Assembly (NCBI GenBank): GCA_041639695.1 | Contig: JBEQBQ010000010.1 | Coordinates: 1 to 34,256, forward strand | Direction of reading: 5' to 3' | DNA length: 34,256 bases | From: Candidatus Nanohaloarchaea archaeon | GTDB lineage: Archaea > Nanohalarchaeota > Nanosalinia > Nanosalinales > Nanosalinaceae | Shown here: piece after piece, positions 8,652 through 17,718 of the stretch | Layout of the letters: each line of letters begins with the position of its first letter | Position numbering within the stretch: the first letter of the stretch is position 1 | The notes under the pieces: model-generated | What the model saw: the letters and a program-made list of their open reading frames with translations, nothing else | Databases searched by the model: none | What the model was told of the DNA's origin: nothing | Translations under genes and position numbers: made by a program

Positions 8652-10364
8652 TACGCTGAACACACCATAGTAACTCAGTGTCATGTAGAGAAGTATGAAC
8701 ACTTCTCCCATTAGTAGTAGGACGAAAGGCGCTCTCGCTAGAACCGAGTCCGCATTCATCCTTTTCTTCAATACCGCATACCCTGCTAAAAGCATAGTCC
8801 ATATAATCGCGATGATTGGAGGCCTGTCCTCCTGAGGGATCAATCCTTCTTCAGGAGTTATACTGAAGTTAATTGTACTGAAAGAGTAGGCGCCGTCAGC
8901 ACTTGACACGATCATCGTAGCGTTACACACCTCAGCAGAATTACCGGCTTTTATCGAAAGACCTAGTGATCCGGATTCATTGATTTCCAAACGGTCTATA
9001 CTACCTGTTTCGACCACCCCACAGTCCTCTGTGTTCTGGAAACGTGCGGTAATATTTTCCAGAGGTTTTCTACCAGTGTTCTGGATAAGTATTGGAAGCG
9101 GCTGTGACTCGTTTGTCTTTATTGAGACGGAGCTTGGGGCTTCCTGTATCGAAACCTTTGAAGTAAAGTTATCCTGTTTCACATCAACTGTGAAGTAGTC
9201 TAGGTCTAGATCTGCTTGCGGATTGGTTGCCCTTACAGGCACAATATATCTTCCTGGTTCTTGGTCCTCGGGCGGCCTAACAAATACCTCCCGTGTAACG
9301 TTTTCACCTGCCGAAAGGTTTGCTACCTGTGCGTTTCTCACCTGCCAGTCCGGCCTCGTATCCGTTATTTCAGGTGTAATTTCTATATCGCTCGCTGTCG
9401 CATTACCAATATTTTGAACGTAGAGCTGGGCGGGAGCAAAACTTCCCTGAGTTGCATCATAAGTTCTGTTTACGGGTTCTAAATCGATCTTCAGTACTGG
9501 AGCCCTTGACTGCCCAGGATTAGGGTTGTCCCCGGGAGTTGGTTCTGGTACTGGCTCGGGTTCTGGTTCCGGCACCGGTGTTTCTCCCGGGTTAGGGTTG
9601 TCTCCTTCTACAGTGGTATTTGATTCTTCACCTGTCTGATTGGCATCCTGAGGCTGTGTGACATCGCTAGTCGAGTTGCCTGTCTTATTTCCTATGGTTG
9701 CGTTTGTATCTCCAGTATTGTTGATGTCTTCAGGCGTCGGTTCACCGGTGTTATTGGCAGTGTTTGTTCCTCCAGATTCTCCTAAAGTGTCCAGTATGGC
9801 GAAATTGGCGAATCCCTCCTCACTCTTTTCTTTATCAGGTTCATCCTTGTATTGACATGTAAAGTTGAAGTCCAATCTCCCTGTATAGTTTCCTCCTCCA
9901 TACTCCGAGACGGCTGTGAACTGCCTCATGTAGTAAGCTTCTGTATCTTCATCTTCGGAGATATTTTCGTCCTCCGAAGCAACAAAATGAGGTATTTCGT
10001 AGGTTTCAGAGTATTCAACAGTATCGTTCGTATTATTGTTTATGGTCTGTAAACCTAGATCTATCGGCTCTCCTTTTGGTTCTCCAGACTCCCAGACATC
10101 ATCTTCTCTGGTTACCCTCAAGGACACGTTGAGCGAGATGTTCGCATTACCGTTATTGTAGATGCTTGTGGAGAAGAAACCTTTCTCTCCTATTCCCATG
10201 TATGAGGGATCTGTTGAGGTGTTTCCGGGAGATGTTACATCAGTAAAACCAATACTACAACTTGAATTGGTGGAGACTCCCACACTTGACTTTTCAGCAG
10301 AAGCTCCGAAGCTCATCAAGACAATAGAGAGAAAGATTGCATAGATCAGTATCGCTTTCTTCAT
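8634..10364 (-). CDS. Membrane-anchored multi-Ig surface glycoprotein (COG1470/NPCBM-associated-like) with a Pro-rich linker
   Basis: Signal peptide, 'QNIGN…V.PP....PGRY.V.V', 'IQNTG', PEPEPEPVPEP linker, two C-terminal TM helices, many N-x-S/T sequons. Confidence 0.8.
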   Translation of the reverse strand: MKKAILIYAIFLSIVLMSFGASAEKSSVGVSTNSSCSIGFTDVTSPGNTSTDPSYMGIGEKGFFSTSIYNNGNANISLNVSLRVTREDDVWESGEPKGEPIDLGLQTINNNTNDTVEYSETYEIPHFVASEDENISEDEDTEAYYMRQFTAVSEYGGGNYTGRLDFNFTCQYKDEPDKEKSEEGFANFAILDTLGESGGTNTANNTGEPTPEDINNTGDTNATIGNKTGNSTSDVTQPQDANQTGEESNTTVEGDNPNPGETPVPEPEPEPVPEPTPGDNPNPGQSRAPVLKIDLEPVNRTYDATQGSFAPAQLYVQNIGNATASDIEITPEITDTRPDWQVRNAQVANLSAGENVTREVFVRPPEDQEPGRYIVPVRATNPQADLDLDYFTVDVKQDNFTSKVSIQEAPSSVSIKTNESQPLPILIQNTGRKPLENITARFQNTEDCGVVETGSIDRLEINESGSLGLSIKAGNSAEVCNATMIVSSADGAYSFSTINFSITPEEGLIPQEDRPPIIAIIWTMLLAGYAVLKKRMNADSVLARAPFVLLLMGEVFILLYMTLSYYGVFSVSFLPF

Positions 10365-11066
10365 TCAAATCGCCTTGATTATGTAAATACCGGTGCCGAT
10401 TATGCCTAAAATCAATATATAGGTCAGACTTGACCCCGTATCCTCAGGACTTTTTTGATTCTCTTTGTCTTTATAGCTTTCCGAGCTATTTAGGTCCGAA
10501 ATATTGTTTTCCTGATTCGAAACTTGCTGACTGTTTTCCTGGTCATAGGTATACCTTACTCCTTCACCTTTTTCCTTGTTATTCGAGATTTTGGTGTCCA
10601 TGGGAACGATCGATGCAACTTTTACGTCATAGGTCTTGTCCAACACTGTGACAACACGATTAGATATAGAAGTAGAAGAATCGGATTGTTTAAGACCACG
10701 AACTGTTATAGGTAGATGGTAGCTATTGTCAGTCCTGTAACGGTTTGTATTCAGATCTAGACTAAGGGTTCTAATATCGAAATATCTTCCATCTATATAG
10801 TAGAGGCCTTCCTTGGATCCAGGACTTTCTACAATACTTGGACCTAGTGTTATGTTTTTGCCTTCTAGGCTGAACTCGGAAGTGTTTCTTTCCTCTATAA
10901 CTACCTGTAAAGGTTCGTTCCCTGTATTGATAAGTCGAAGGTTTATCTCTGAATCTAAACTTTCAACTGTTAAACTTGAGGAAGAATCTACTATTCCAAG
11001 ACTAGCCCCGGTTAAGGACATCATTCCAAGAATTAGAACCGTTATAATCGTTTTTCGCGGAATCAA
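10365..11066 (-). CDS. Membrane-anchored Ig-like surface protein
   Basis: Signal peptide, 'LINTGN', polar linker, C-terminal TM helix. Confidence 0.75.
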   Translation of the reverse strand: MIPRKTIITVLILGMMSLTGASLGIVDSSSSLTVESLDSEINLRLINTGNEPLQVVIEERNTSEFSLEGKNITLGPSIVESPGSKEGLYYIDGRYFDIRTLSLDLNTNRYRTDNSYHLPITVRGLKQSDSSTSISNRVVTVLDKTYDVKVASIVPMDTKISNNKEKGEGVRYTYDQENSQQVSNQENNISDLNSSESYKDKENQKSPEDTGSSLTYILILGIIGTGIYIIKAI

Positions 11067-11070
11067 TTTT

Positions 11071-12390
11071 TCAACCTGTTAAGTTCCCCTTGAAGTAGAT
11101 TTTACCTGTATAATCATCCTGTATGATCCCTTGAGGTATGTCAAGCCAGAAGTAGGATGTAATAAATGAACCAGGTTTTAGCTGCTGTTCGATCAAAGTA
11201 TAATTCTTTGAAACTTGGTTTGCTGTCGATGCATCGTTAGTGAAGCTATAGCTTAGGTTGTCCGCACCTATAGAGTACTGATCCGGTTTGCTGTTAGATT
11301 TAAGTGGATCTGCCTTCGTCCACAGCCTGTCTACAGTATTGCTGCGTTGAGGTACCGAAATATCGTATCCTTCAGAATTGTTGAGCGCCGAGTTATCCTC
11401 AGTCCCTGGCGACAAGGTTCCGAAATCCAGACTGCTCCAGCCCAAATTAATCAGAGCTAGTCCGGTGATCTCAACCAGAGAATCATCTGAATCTTTTTGA
11501 CCTATTTTTGAATAGGAAGAACTTGAGTTGACATCAAGTAGATGGAAGCTTCCTCTCTCACCTGTAGCATTCACATCCCAGCTTAAACCACATGATTCGC
11601 CGGAAGAAAGGCTACAGCTCTTCTCAGAAGCATCTATCGAGTAAAAAGGTTTCGAAGTCGTATCGGGAATTATTGAATCAGGTTGTTGAGTCTGATTATA
11701 TCTGGGCGTTACTTTTATACTGCCGCATTTGCCGTTTGAACATGAAACTGTTGCGTTGAGGTCGAAAGTCTTGTTCTGAGTTACCGATACATCGTTCTTC
11801 GGATCTTCAAACGTTATGCCGATCTCTCCCAGCTTTGTCACATTAAGTCGGTGTTCATCCGTGCTTCCGGAACTGTTAGAACTATCATTCACCTGAAAGT
11901 TTTGATCGTATAATTTAGAAGATTCAACCGTTACGTTAGCAAGATACTTTGCATACATAACTTCTCCTGCGTTAAGTGTTCCTCCTTTCGAAGTATTCCA
12001 CGAAACTTTCCCGGAATTGAAACTTCCTGAATCGTAGTCCTGCGAGATATTGTACCATATTTTCTTTATGTTCCATGAATTATCTAGGCCTTGGTGTACT
12101 AAGTTGTCACTCCCGTTTATTTCCCAAGCCTGTCCTCCTTCGTTCTTTATACGGAAGTCAAACCTGTAAATAGAGGAATAACTTTGGTTCAGATTAAAGG
12201 TGGTATTGAGTCCTTCTGCCACCTTTTGTCCCCCTACCTCTTTTTGGGTATCCGAAAGATAAGTCACGTTGTAGATGCCGATTTCCGTAACATTCGCCAA
12301 GGTGCCTTCTGTCGATCCGAAGCTGTCAGCCGAGACCGTTCCAGAAATCAGTATTAATAACAACAGCAGAAGGCTTAATCTCTGATCCAT
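11071..12390 (-). CDS. Secreted multi-domain surface protein with a C-terminal domain related to the 2526..3593 protein
   Basis: Signal peptide, Cys pairs, C-terminal 'SLDFGTL.PG…VDRLW…LKPG…LDIPQGIIQ..YTGKI'. Confidence 0.75.
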   Translation of the reverse strand: MDQRLSLLLLLLILISGTVSADSFGSTEGTLANVTEIGIYNVTYLSDTQKEVGGQKVAEGLNTTFNLNQSYSSIYRFDFRIKNEGGQAWEINGSDNLVHQGLDNSWNIKKIWYNISQDYDSGSFNSGKVSWNTSKGGTLNAGEVMYAKYLANVTVESSKLYDQNFQVNDSSNSSGSTDEHRLNVTKLGEIGITFEDPKNDVSVTQNKTFDLNATVSCSNGKCGSIKVTPRYNQTQQPDSIIPDTTSKPFYSIDASEKSCSLSSGESCGLSWDVNATGERGSFHLLDVNSSSSYSKIGQKDSDDSLVEITGLALINLGWSSLDFGTLSPGTEDNSALNNSEGYDISVPQRSNTVDRLWTKADPLKSNSKPDQYSIGADNLSYSFTNDASTANQVSKNYTLIEQQLKPGSFITSYFWLDIPQGIIQDDYTGKIYFKGNLTG

Positions 12391-12427
12391 TTGTTTAGAA
12401 CAGGTTTTTGCCTCGATCTTATTAAAT

Positions 12428-12868
12428 CTAGATGAAGCGGATCGAGATTCCTGCGACCTCCCCCATTATAGCAACTAATGCCAGCCACTGATAGGAGGAA
12501 TAGTAAGCTTCTAAACGAGACTCTGTTTTTTCAAGCGATTCGAATGAAGAACCTGCATTCTGTATCGTTTTCGCCGCAGTTAGAATTCTTTCAGCCACGG
12601 GCGTCCCTGTACGTGATAAAGCCTCTAGATCTGATTGAAACTCATTAGAATTAATTATTGCAGTTGCCTCGGAAATTTTCGAATTTGACGACTTCACATC
12701 GTCTAAAGCCGAGTTAAAGCTTAAAGCACCGTGAATTGAGACTATTAGAAGTGCGGTAGATGCTATTACAAGTATTTTGCTGAGTTCAAAACGGTCGATG
12801 CCATAGGTTTCGTGGACGTCCTCCAGCTTTCTCTCTATGTTTGAAAGCTTTGATTTCTTGGACTCCAT
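12428..12868 (-). CDS. Hypothetical membrane protein (2 TM helices flanking a helical region)
   Basis: ORF with hydrophobic helices; TTTAAA box upstream. Confidence 0.7.
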   Translation of the reverse strand: MESKKSKLSNIERKLEDVHETYGIDRFELSKILVIASTALLIVSIHGALSFNSALDDVKSSNSKISEATAIINSNEFQSDLEALSRTGTPVAERILTAAKTIQNAGSSFESLEKTESRLEAYYSSYQWLALVAIMGEVAGISIRFI

Positions 12869-12949
12869 AATCCGGATTTATTGTGACTGTTTAAATTGTG
12901 CACGGAAGACACCGTGGTCGTTTAAAAATTTCCAGCCGTCTTTAGTATT

Positions 12950-13354
12950 ATGGGAATCAAGCTTTGGATGGTTTTCGAGGCAGTAGCTGCAGAGAAGGCT
13001 GCAGTAGAGGAATCTCTGGATGACCACGTTGAGGCGATGGAGTCAGAAGATGATATCGAAATAGTCGAAATCGATAGAGACGATGCTGAAAAGATGGAAG
13101 ATCCGCATCCGAGCCTTGACGAAGGATACTCTCAAGTTTTAGAGATGAGAGCCGAGTTTGAATCGTTCCCTAAAGCAGTTGAGACGGTAATAAACTACGG
13201 GCCTACCTATGTCCAGGTTGAAGGACCAGATTCCTACAATATGGACTTGGCAGAGTCACAAGAAAGTCTTCAGAGCGTTGCAAAGACTATGCACAAGTAC
13301 GCTCAGATGGGTGCAGGCGGAGTGCTTATCTCTAAAGCCGGAGACGAAAATTAG
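12950..13354 (+). CDS. Hypothetical acidic cytoplasmic protein
   Basis: Acidic ORF with TTTAAAAA about 25 nt upstream (leaderless). Confidence 0.75.
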   Translation: MGIKLWMVFEAVAAEKAAVEESLDDHVEAMESEDDIEIVEIDRDDAEKMEDPHPSLDEGYSQVLEMRAEFESFPKAVETVINYGPTYVQVEGPDSYNMDLAESQESLQSVAKTMHKYAQMGAGGVLISKAGDEN

Positions 13355-13380
13355 ATTTCCATTAGAACGAGGTTCAACGA

Positions 13381-14271
13381 ATGAGGAAAGCATCTCTAAT
13401 CATAGGACTTATTTTGATGGTAGCTTCAGCCTCAGCAACAATCGTTGAATCCGAAGATGTAGAAGTGGATCTTGAATCCGGAGAAGTTGATGTAAACCTT
13501 GATATAAGAGAACTTACTTCTTCTTCCGTAAGCTATACTACTAGCTACGATATAAATAATGTAAACGCCAGAATTAATGGCGAAGAACTCGATTGTTCGA
13601 CAGAAAGCCTTCAGTTTGGATCGGAGATAAGCTGTGAAACCAGCCTAAGAAATAATTTCACTGTTGACATGAATTTTACTTCTGAAAACCTTGTCTCAAC
13701 CAGACAAAACGCTAATGTCTTGAGGTACAGCCATTCAATTTACAGGCCTACCAGAGAGTACAGTTTGCGGGTCCTTCTTCCATCCGGAACCGGACTTCTG
13801 GATGAGGACGAGGTCTCAATACCCGTAGTTTCTCCGGAAAACTACCAAACCGGCAGCAACGGACGCAGGATTTTCGTAGAATGGAGCCAGAAACCTCAGC
13901 TAGGAGACAACCTTAACTTCCAGATAGTTTACGATAAGTACGAGGATTCCAACAGCTTTCCTTTCAACGTGGCTCTATCGATACTCGCCACTTTGATAGT
14001 TGCGGGATTTGGCTACCTAGGTTACAGAAGACTGAACAGAGAGAGTATAGAGTCCGTTTATGAAGAGCTTTCGGACGATGAGATAGATGTAGTTGAGCTT
14101 CTGAGGGAGAATGGAGGAGAAATGCTTCAGAAAGATGTGGTAAACGAATCAACTTACTCCAAGGCCAAAATTTCTGGCGTTGTATCAGAATTGGTTGATA
14201 AAGAAGTGGTTACGAAGGAGAAGGAAGGGCGAAGCAACAAACTCCGAATAGTTTCGAACTACTCACACTAA
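13381..14271 (+). CDS. Membrane-spanning protein with an extracellular domain and C-terminal winged HTH (COG2512-like)
   Basis: Signal peptide, TM helix, 'LSDDE..VVELLRENGGEMLQKD…YSKAKIS..V..L…KEKEGRSNKL'. Confidence 0.85.
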   Translation: MRKASLIIGLILMVASASATIVESEDVEVDLESGEVDVNLDIRELTSSSVSYTTSYDINNVNARINGEELDCSTESLQFGSEISCETSLRNNFTVDMNFTSENLVSTRQNANVLRYSHSIYRPTREYSLRVLLPSGTGLLDEDEVSIPVVSPENYQTGSNGRRIFVEWSQKPQLGDNLNFQIVYDKYEDSNSFPFNVALSILATLIVAGFGYLGYRRLNRESIESVYEELSDDEIDVVELLRENGGEMLQKDVVNESTYSKAKISGVVSELVDKEVVTKEKEGRSNKLRIVSNYSH

Positions 14272-14555
14272 CGACTTTTCGCCACAGGAAGTATCTGGAT
14301 GTTGCCGTCCTGAATCTTTCTGCAAACGCACTGAAGATCCGTGGCATTTTCGACTCTCTCAGATAAGTTGACTTCTATTGATCCTGGCGGATAGCATGCT
14401 ATTGATCCGTTGAAGCTCTGGTTTTGCTTGATACCGTTCTCTATCTTCTGGCATTTAGAGACGTCGGAGTCCGGAGCAAGTAGAACGGAAAGCGATAAAC
14501 CAAGTAAGATTCCGATCATTCCTGCAGCGATCAGAATTTTACTCCGCCGTTCCAT
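14268..14555 (-). CDS. Small membrane-anchored Cys-containing protein
   Basis: TM helix and four Cys; start placed at ATG 14555 after SD GGTGA. Confidence 0.65.
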   Translation of the reverse strand: MERRSKILIAAGMIGILLGLSLSVLLAPDSDVSKCQKIENGIKQNQSFNGSIACYPPGSIEVNLSERVENATDLQCVCRKIQDGNIQILPVAKSR

Positions 14556-15312
14556 TAGCGTCACCTGGGCGATTTGAGGTGTAGTTTTCTCTGGTAGAGT
14601 TCAGAATTTGGCGGATATCATCGGTCGTTCTATTCGTAGACGAAGCTGTGACGTTAATTTGTTGGGAAATTATTCCTTCAAGCTCTTGTTTCGATCGGAA
14701 ACCTTTGTAGACCTTTCCTTCGATTATTAGAGCCGGATAAGAACTTACGTTGTGGAAGTTCTCGACGAAGTTAATGTGTTTCATGTCCAGGTCTGTATCA
14801 AGAGGATAAACTGCAAGCCTCTCATCGTATTCATCTCTCAGGTATGTAAGTACTGTTCCTTGATCCTCACATGCCCCGCAGTCTTTTTTCGTGTAAAGAT
14901 AGATTACATCAACCATCTCTGAATCACAGCTCTTCTCTAAAGTTCTTACTTCGATCATGTTCTGAATCAAGAGATTCATGTACCGCTTCTTCAAGGTCTT
15001 GTACTCAGAGGTTTTGAACTTGCTTGATCTCTCGTGTGCTGCAACTTTCTTCCTGAGATCCTCGATTTCAGGCATGGAAGTGTCAATCCAGTTCTTCATG
15101 GCTCTACATTCACTTGACTCTACCTCTTCAGCAAGCTGAAGGCTTAAAGATTGGGATCTTTGGTCTACCTCGATTTGTTTGATACTTTCCCTTAATTCTG
15201 CTGTCTTGTATTCTTGAAGTGTCAGACCGGCAGCGAATATCACGGTAAATACAAGCGCTGTCGATATTATTGCAAGTATCAAGTATTTCCAGTCGACTTT
15301 TCGATCTACCAT
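14539..15312 (-). CDS. Membrane-anchored coiled-coil plus thioredoxin-fold protein
   Basis: N-terminal TM helix, CGAC motif, 'SYPALII' cis-Pro strand. Confidence 0.75.
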   Translation of the reverse strand: MVDRKVDWKYLILAIISTALVFTVIFAAGLTLQEYKTAELRESIKQIEVDQRSQSLSLQLAEEVESSECRAMKNWIDTSMPEIEDLRKKVAAHERSSKFKTSEYKTLKKRYMNLLIQNMIEVRTLEKSCDSEMVDVIYLYTKKDCGACEDQGTVLTYLRDEYDERLAVYPLDTDLDMKHINFVENFHNVSSYPALIIEGKVYKGFRSKQELEGIISQQINVTASSTNRTTDDIRQILNSTRENYTSNRPGDANGTAE

Positions 15313-16523
15313 AGTTTTTCACCGCCTCTAAGCTCCTCTACAGCTGCTGATATCCAGAATGCTGCATAAAGCAATCCATAAATCGTCAGGAATAGTATGT
15401 AATGTACTTTTCTCTCCCACAGGCTTAAGTCCTCTTCCGATGTCCTGAGACTGTAGTAAAGCATCACAAGTCCTGCACCACCCAGAACCAGATAGAAGAG
15501 GTGGAACATCGAAAGCGACTGGACAGAGAGCGATAAACCCCCTAGAGGTATTGTCCCCACAAGCATGTATGTATGGAACATCTGGATTATACCGGTTATT
15601 ATCTTATAGGTCAAGTGTGAGAGGAGGAAGACCGTCACAGTAATGAACAAGAGATTGAAAGGCAGTATAATCACGCCAAGATTCCCGTATCTAGGGTTGA
15701 ACCAAAGCTCATCGTACTCAATTATGTTGTTTATGTAGCCTCTGTACCAACGAGTTCTTTGTCTAAAGAGCCCTCTCAAAGTCGGAGGAGATGGTGTATC
15801 GACATAGGCATTAGTCGAGTTCTTTATCTTAGCGCCGTTCTTGTACATCCTGAACGCAACTTCCATGTCCTCTGTTAACGTTTCTTCATCCCATCCGCCG
15901 ATCTCTTTCAAGTATTCAGCGTCGTATATGCTGCCGGGTCCTGGCATCACCCACTGGGAGTCGAATATACCGAACAGTTTCCTGAGGAAGACGTTGTAGA
16001 TGAACTCGGCCCACATAACTTTCTCCGGCCAGGTCTTGGGATCTTTAACCTTCATAGCCGGAGTCACTCCTTTCACTCCCTCTTCCTCGAAGTAGCCTAC
16101 CATGGCGTTCACCATTCCCTGTTCTGCCACAGAATCAGCATCCATGCATCCAACCAGCTCTGTTTCTACTTTCTCTAGAACCTGGTTCATCGAGTTAGCT
16201 TTCCCGGAGTTCTCCTTATCTACTATCTCTATCCTGTCCTCGAACTTCTTCATTTTCTCAAGGGTCGAATCGGTAGATCCATCGTTGATCGCCACGATTT
16301 CAAGATCTCCAGGATATTCCTGGTTTAGAAGCGATTCTATGCATTCTTCTACGTATTTTTCCTCGTTATACGCAGGTACGAGAAACGTTACTGAAGGGAA
16401 TCTGGACGGTACAGGATCGACATAGACGTCTTTCCTGTTAAGGAAGTAGACCAGTAGCCATAGAGAGACCGAGAATATCATAACTGCAAAAATTGCTATG
16501 TATAAAATATCGATTAACTGCAT
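15306..16523 (-). CDS. Processive GT2 glycosyltransferase (cellulose synthase/PgaC-IcaA-like)
   Basis: VPAYNEE, NDGSTD, DADS, TED, QRTRW, TM helices; start likely ATG 16523 after GGTGG. Confidence 0.9.
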   Translation of the reverse strand: MQLIDILYIAIFAVMIFSVSLWLLVYFLNRKDVYVDPVPSRFPSVTFLVPAYNEEKYVEECIESLLNQEYPGDLEIVAINDGSTDSTLEKMKKFEDRIEIVDKENSGKANSMNQVLEKVETELVGCMDADSVAEQGMVNAMVGYFEEEGVKGVTPAMKVKDPKTWPEKVMWAEFIYNVFLRKLFGIFDSQWVMPGPGSIYDAEYLKEIGGWDEETLTEDMEVAFRMYKNGAKIKNSTNAYVDTPSPPTLRGLFRQRTRWYRGYINNIIEYDELWFNPRYGNLGVIILPFNLLFITVTVFLLSHLTYKIITGIIQMFHTYMLVGTIPLGGLSLSVQSLSMFHLFYLVLGGAGLVMLYYSLRTSEEDLSLWERKVHYILFLTIYGLLYAAFWISAAVEELRGGEKLW

Positions 16524-16650
16524 CTCTACCACCACTGTTTAAATGAGGTCGAATCATCTTCTTAAAATAAATTATTCCAAACCGGATCTAGAATCGAACT
16601 GAGATGCCGGGGCTTTTTTGAAGAGAGAACAAAAGAGAGTCATACATCGA

Positions 16651-17718
16651 ATGGAAGTTTCAATAGTAATCCCGGCTTATAATGAGGAAAACAAGCTGGA
16701 GAACTCCTGCGATAAAATCCTAAAAGTTGACAGTGTAAAAGAAGTAATTGTAGTTGAAGATGGGTGCACTGATAGCACGCCGGAGATAGCTTCAAGACTT
16801 GAATCCGAGAGAGATAATATAACACATATACATAGAGAATCTAAGTTAGGTAAAGGCAAGGCCATCGAAACAGGTTTTGAGGAAGCCTCAGCAGAATTCG
16901 TGGGTTTCATGGATGCTGATCTTTCGACAAGCATTTCTGCTATAGAAAAAGCATGTGAAGAACTTGAGAACGGGGCGGATCTAGTTATCGGCAGTCGTTA
17001 TATGGAGGAAAGTAGCTGTGAGAGAAAAAGAGTTAGGTCCGTAGCTAGCAAGACTTACAATCGAATTGCTTCAACATTACTGGGCGGTTCGGTTAAAGAT
17101 CGGCAGTGCGGTTTCAAAGCACTCAGAAAAAGCTCTTATAATGAGATAAAAAGCTCAATTAGCTCTGACGAATGGTTCTGGGATACCGAACTTATCTACA
17201 GGATGAGAAAATCCGGCATGGATGTCAGAGAGATACCTGTAGAGTGGAAACCTTCAGGAAGCTCAGAGGTAAGCCTTGGACCAACAAGTATTGAGATGAT
17301 TAAGGGACTAGTAAGATTGAAGGAAGAGGAGTATCCACGCCTAGCGAAATACTTACGTTTTGCATCGGTTGGAGCGATTGCAGGAGTGCTCAACTCAGCT
17401 GTACTTTTCACATTCACCGAATTTTTCAATATTCACTACCTTATAAGTTCTGCTATGGCTATTGAGATCGGCATAGTTTTCATGTTCTTTATTAACAACC
17501 ATTTCACCTTTGATACAACGAAAAAAGGCTTAAGAAATGTCATAGAAGGAATATGCCGCTCCAATATTGTTCGATCAGCGGGGATCGGCCTTTACTTCTT
17601 AAGTCTCTACAGTTTAACCGAGATGGGTGTTTACTACCTTATCTCAAATGTTGCAGCTCTCTTCCTATCTTCCATACTCAACTTCATCGGAGAGAAACGG
17701 TTTAACTGGAAGGAGTAG
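16651..17718 (+). CDS. Dolichol-phosphate glycosyltransferase (GT2) fused to a GtrA-like domain
   Basis: IPAYNEE, DGCTD, GKG, DADL, D.QCGFKA, WFWDTEL; C-terminal 4-TM GtrA pattern; start ATG 16651. Confidence 0.9.
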   Translation: MEVSIVIPAYNEENKLENSCDKILKVDSVKEVIVVEDGCTDSTPEIASRLESERDNITHIHRESKLGKGKAIETGFEEASAEFVGFMDADLSTSISAIEKACEELENGADLVIGSRYMEESSCERKRVRSVASKTYNRIASTLLGGSVKDRQCGFKALRKSSYNEIKSSISSDEWFWDTELIYRMRKSGMDVREIPVEWKPSGSSEVSLGPTSIEMIKGLVRLKEEEYPRLAKYLRFASVGAIAGVLNSAVLFTFTEFFNIHYLISSAMAIEIGIVFMFFINNHFTFDTTKKGLRNVIEGICRSNIVRSAGIGLYFLSLYSLTEMGVYYLISNVAALFLSSILNFIGEKRFNWKE

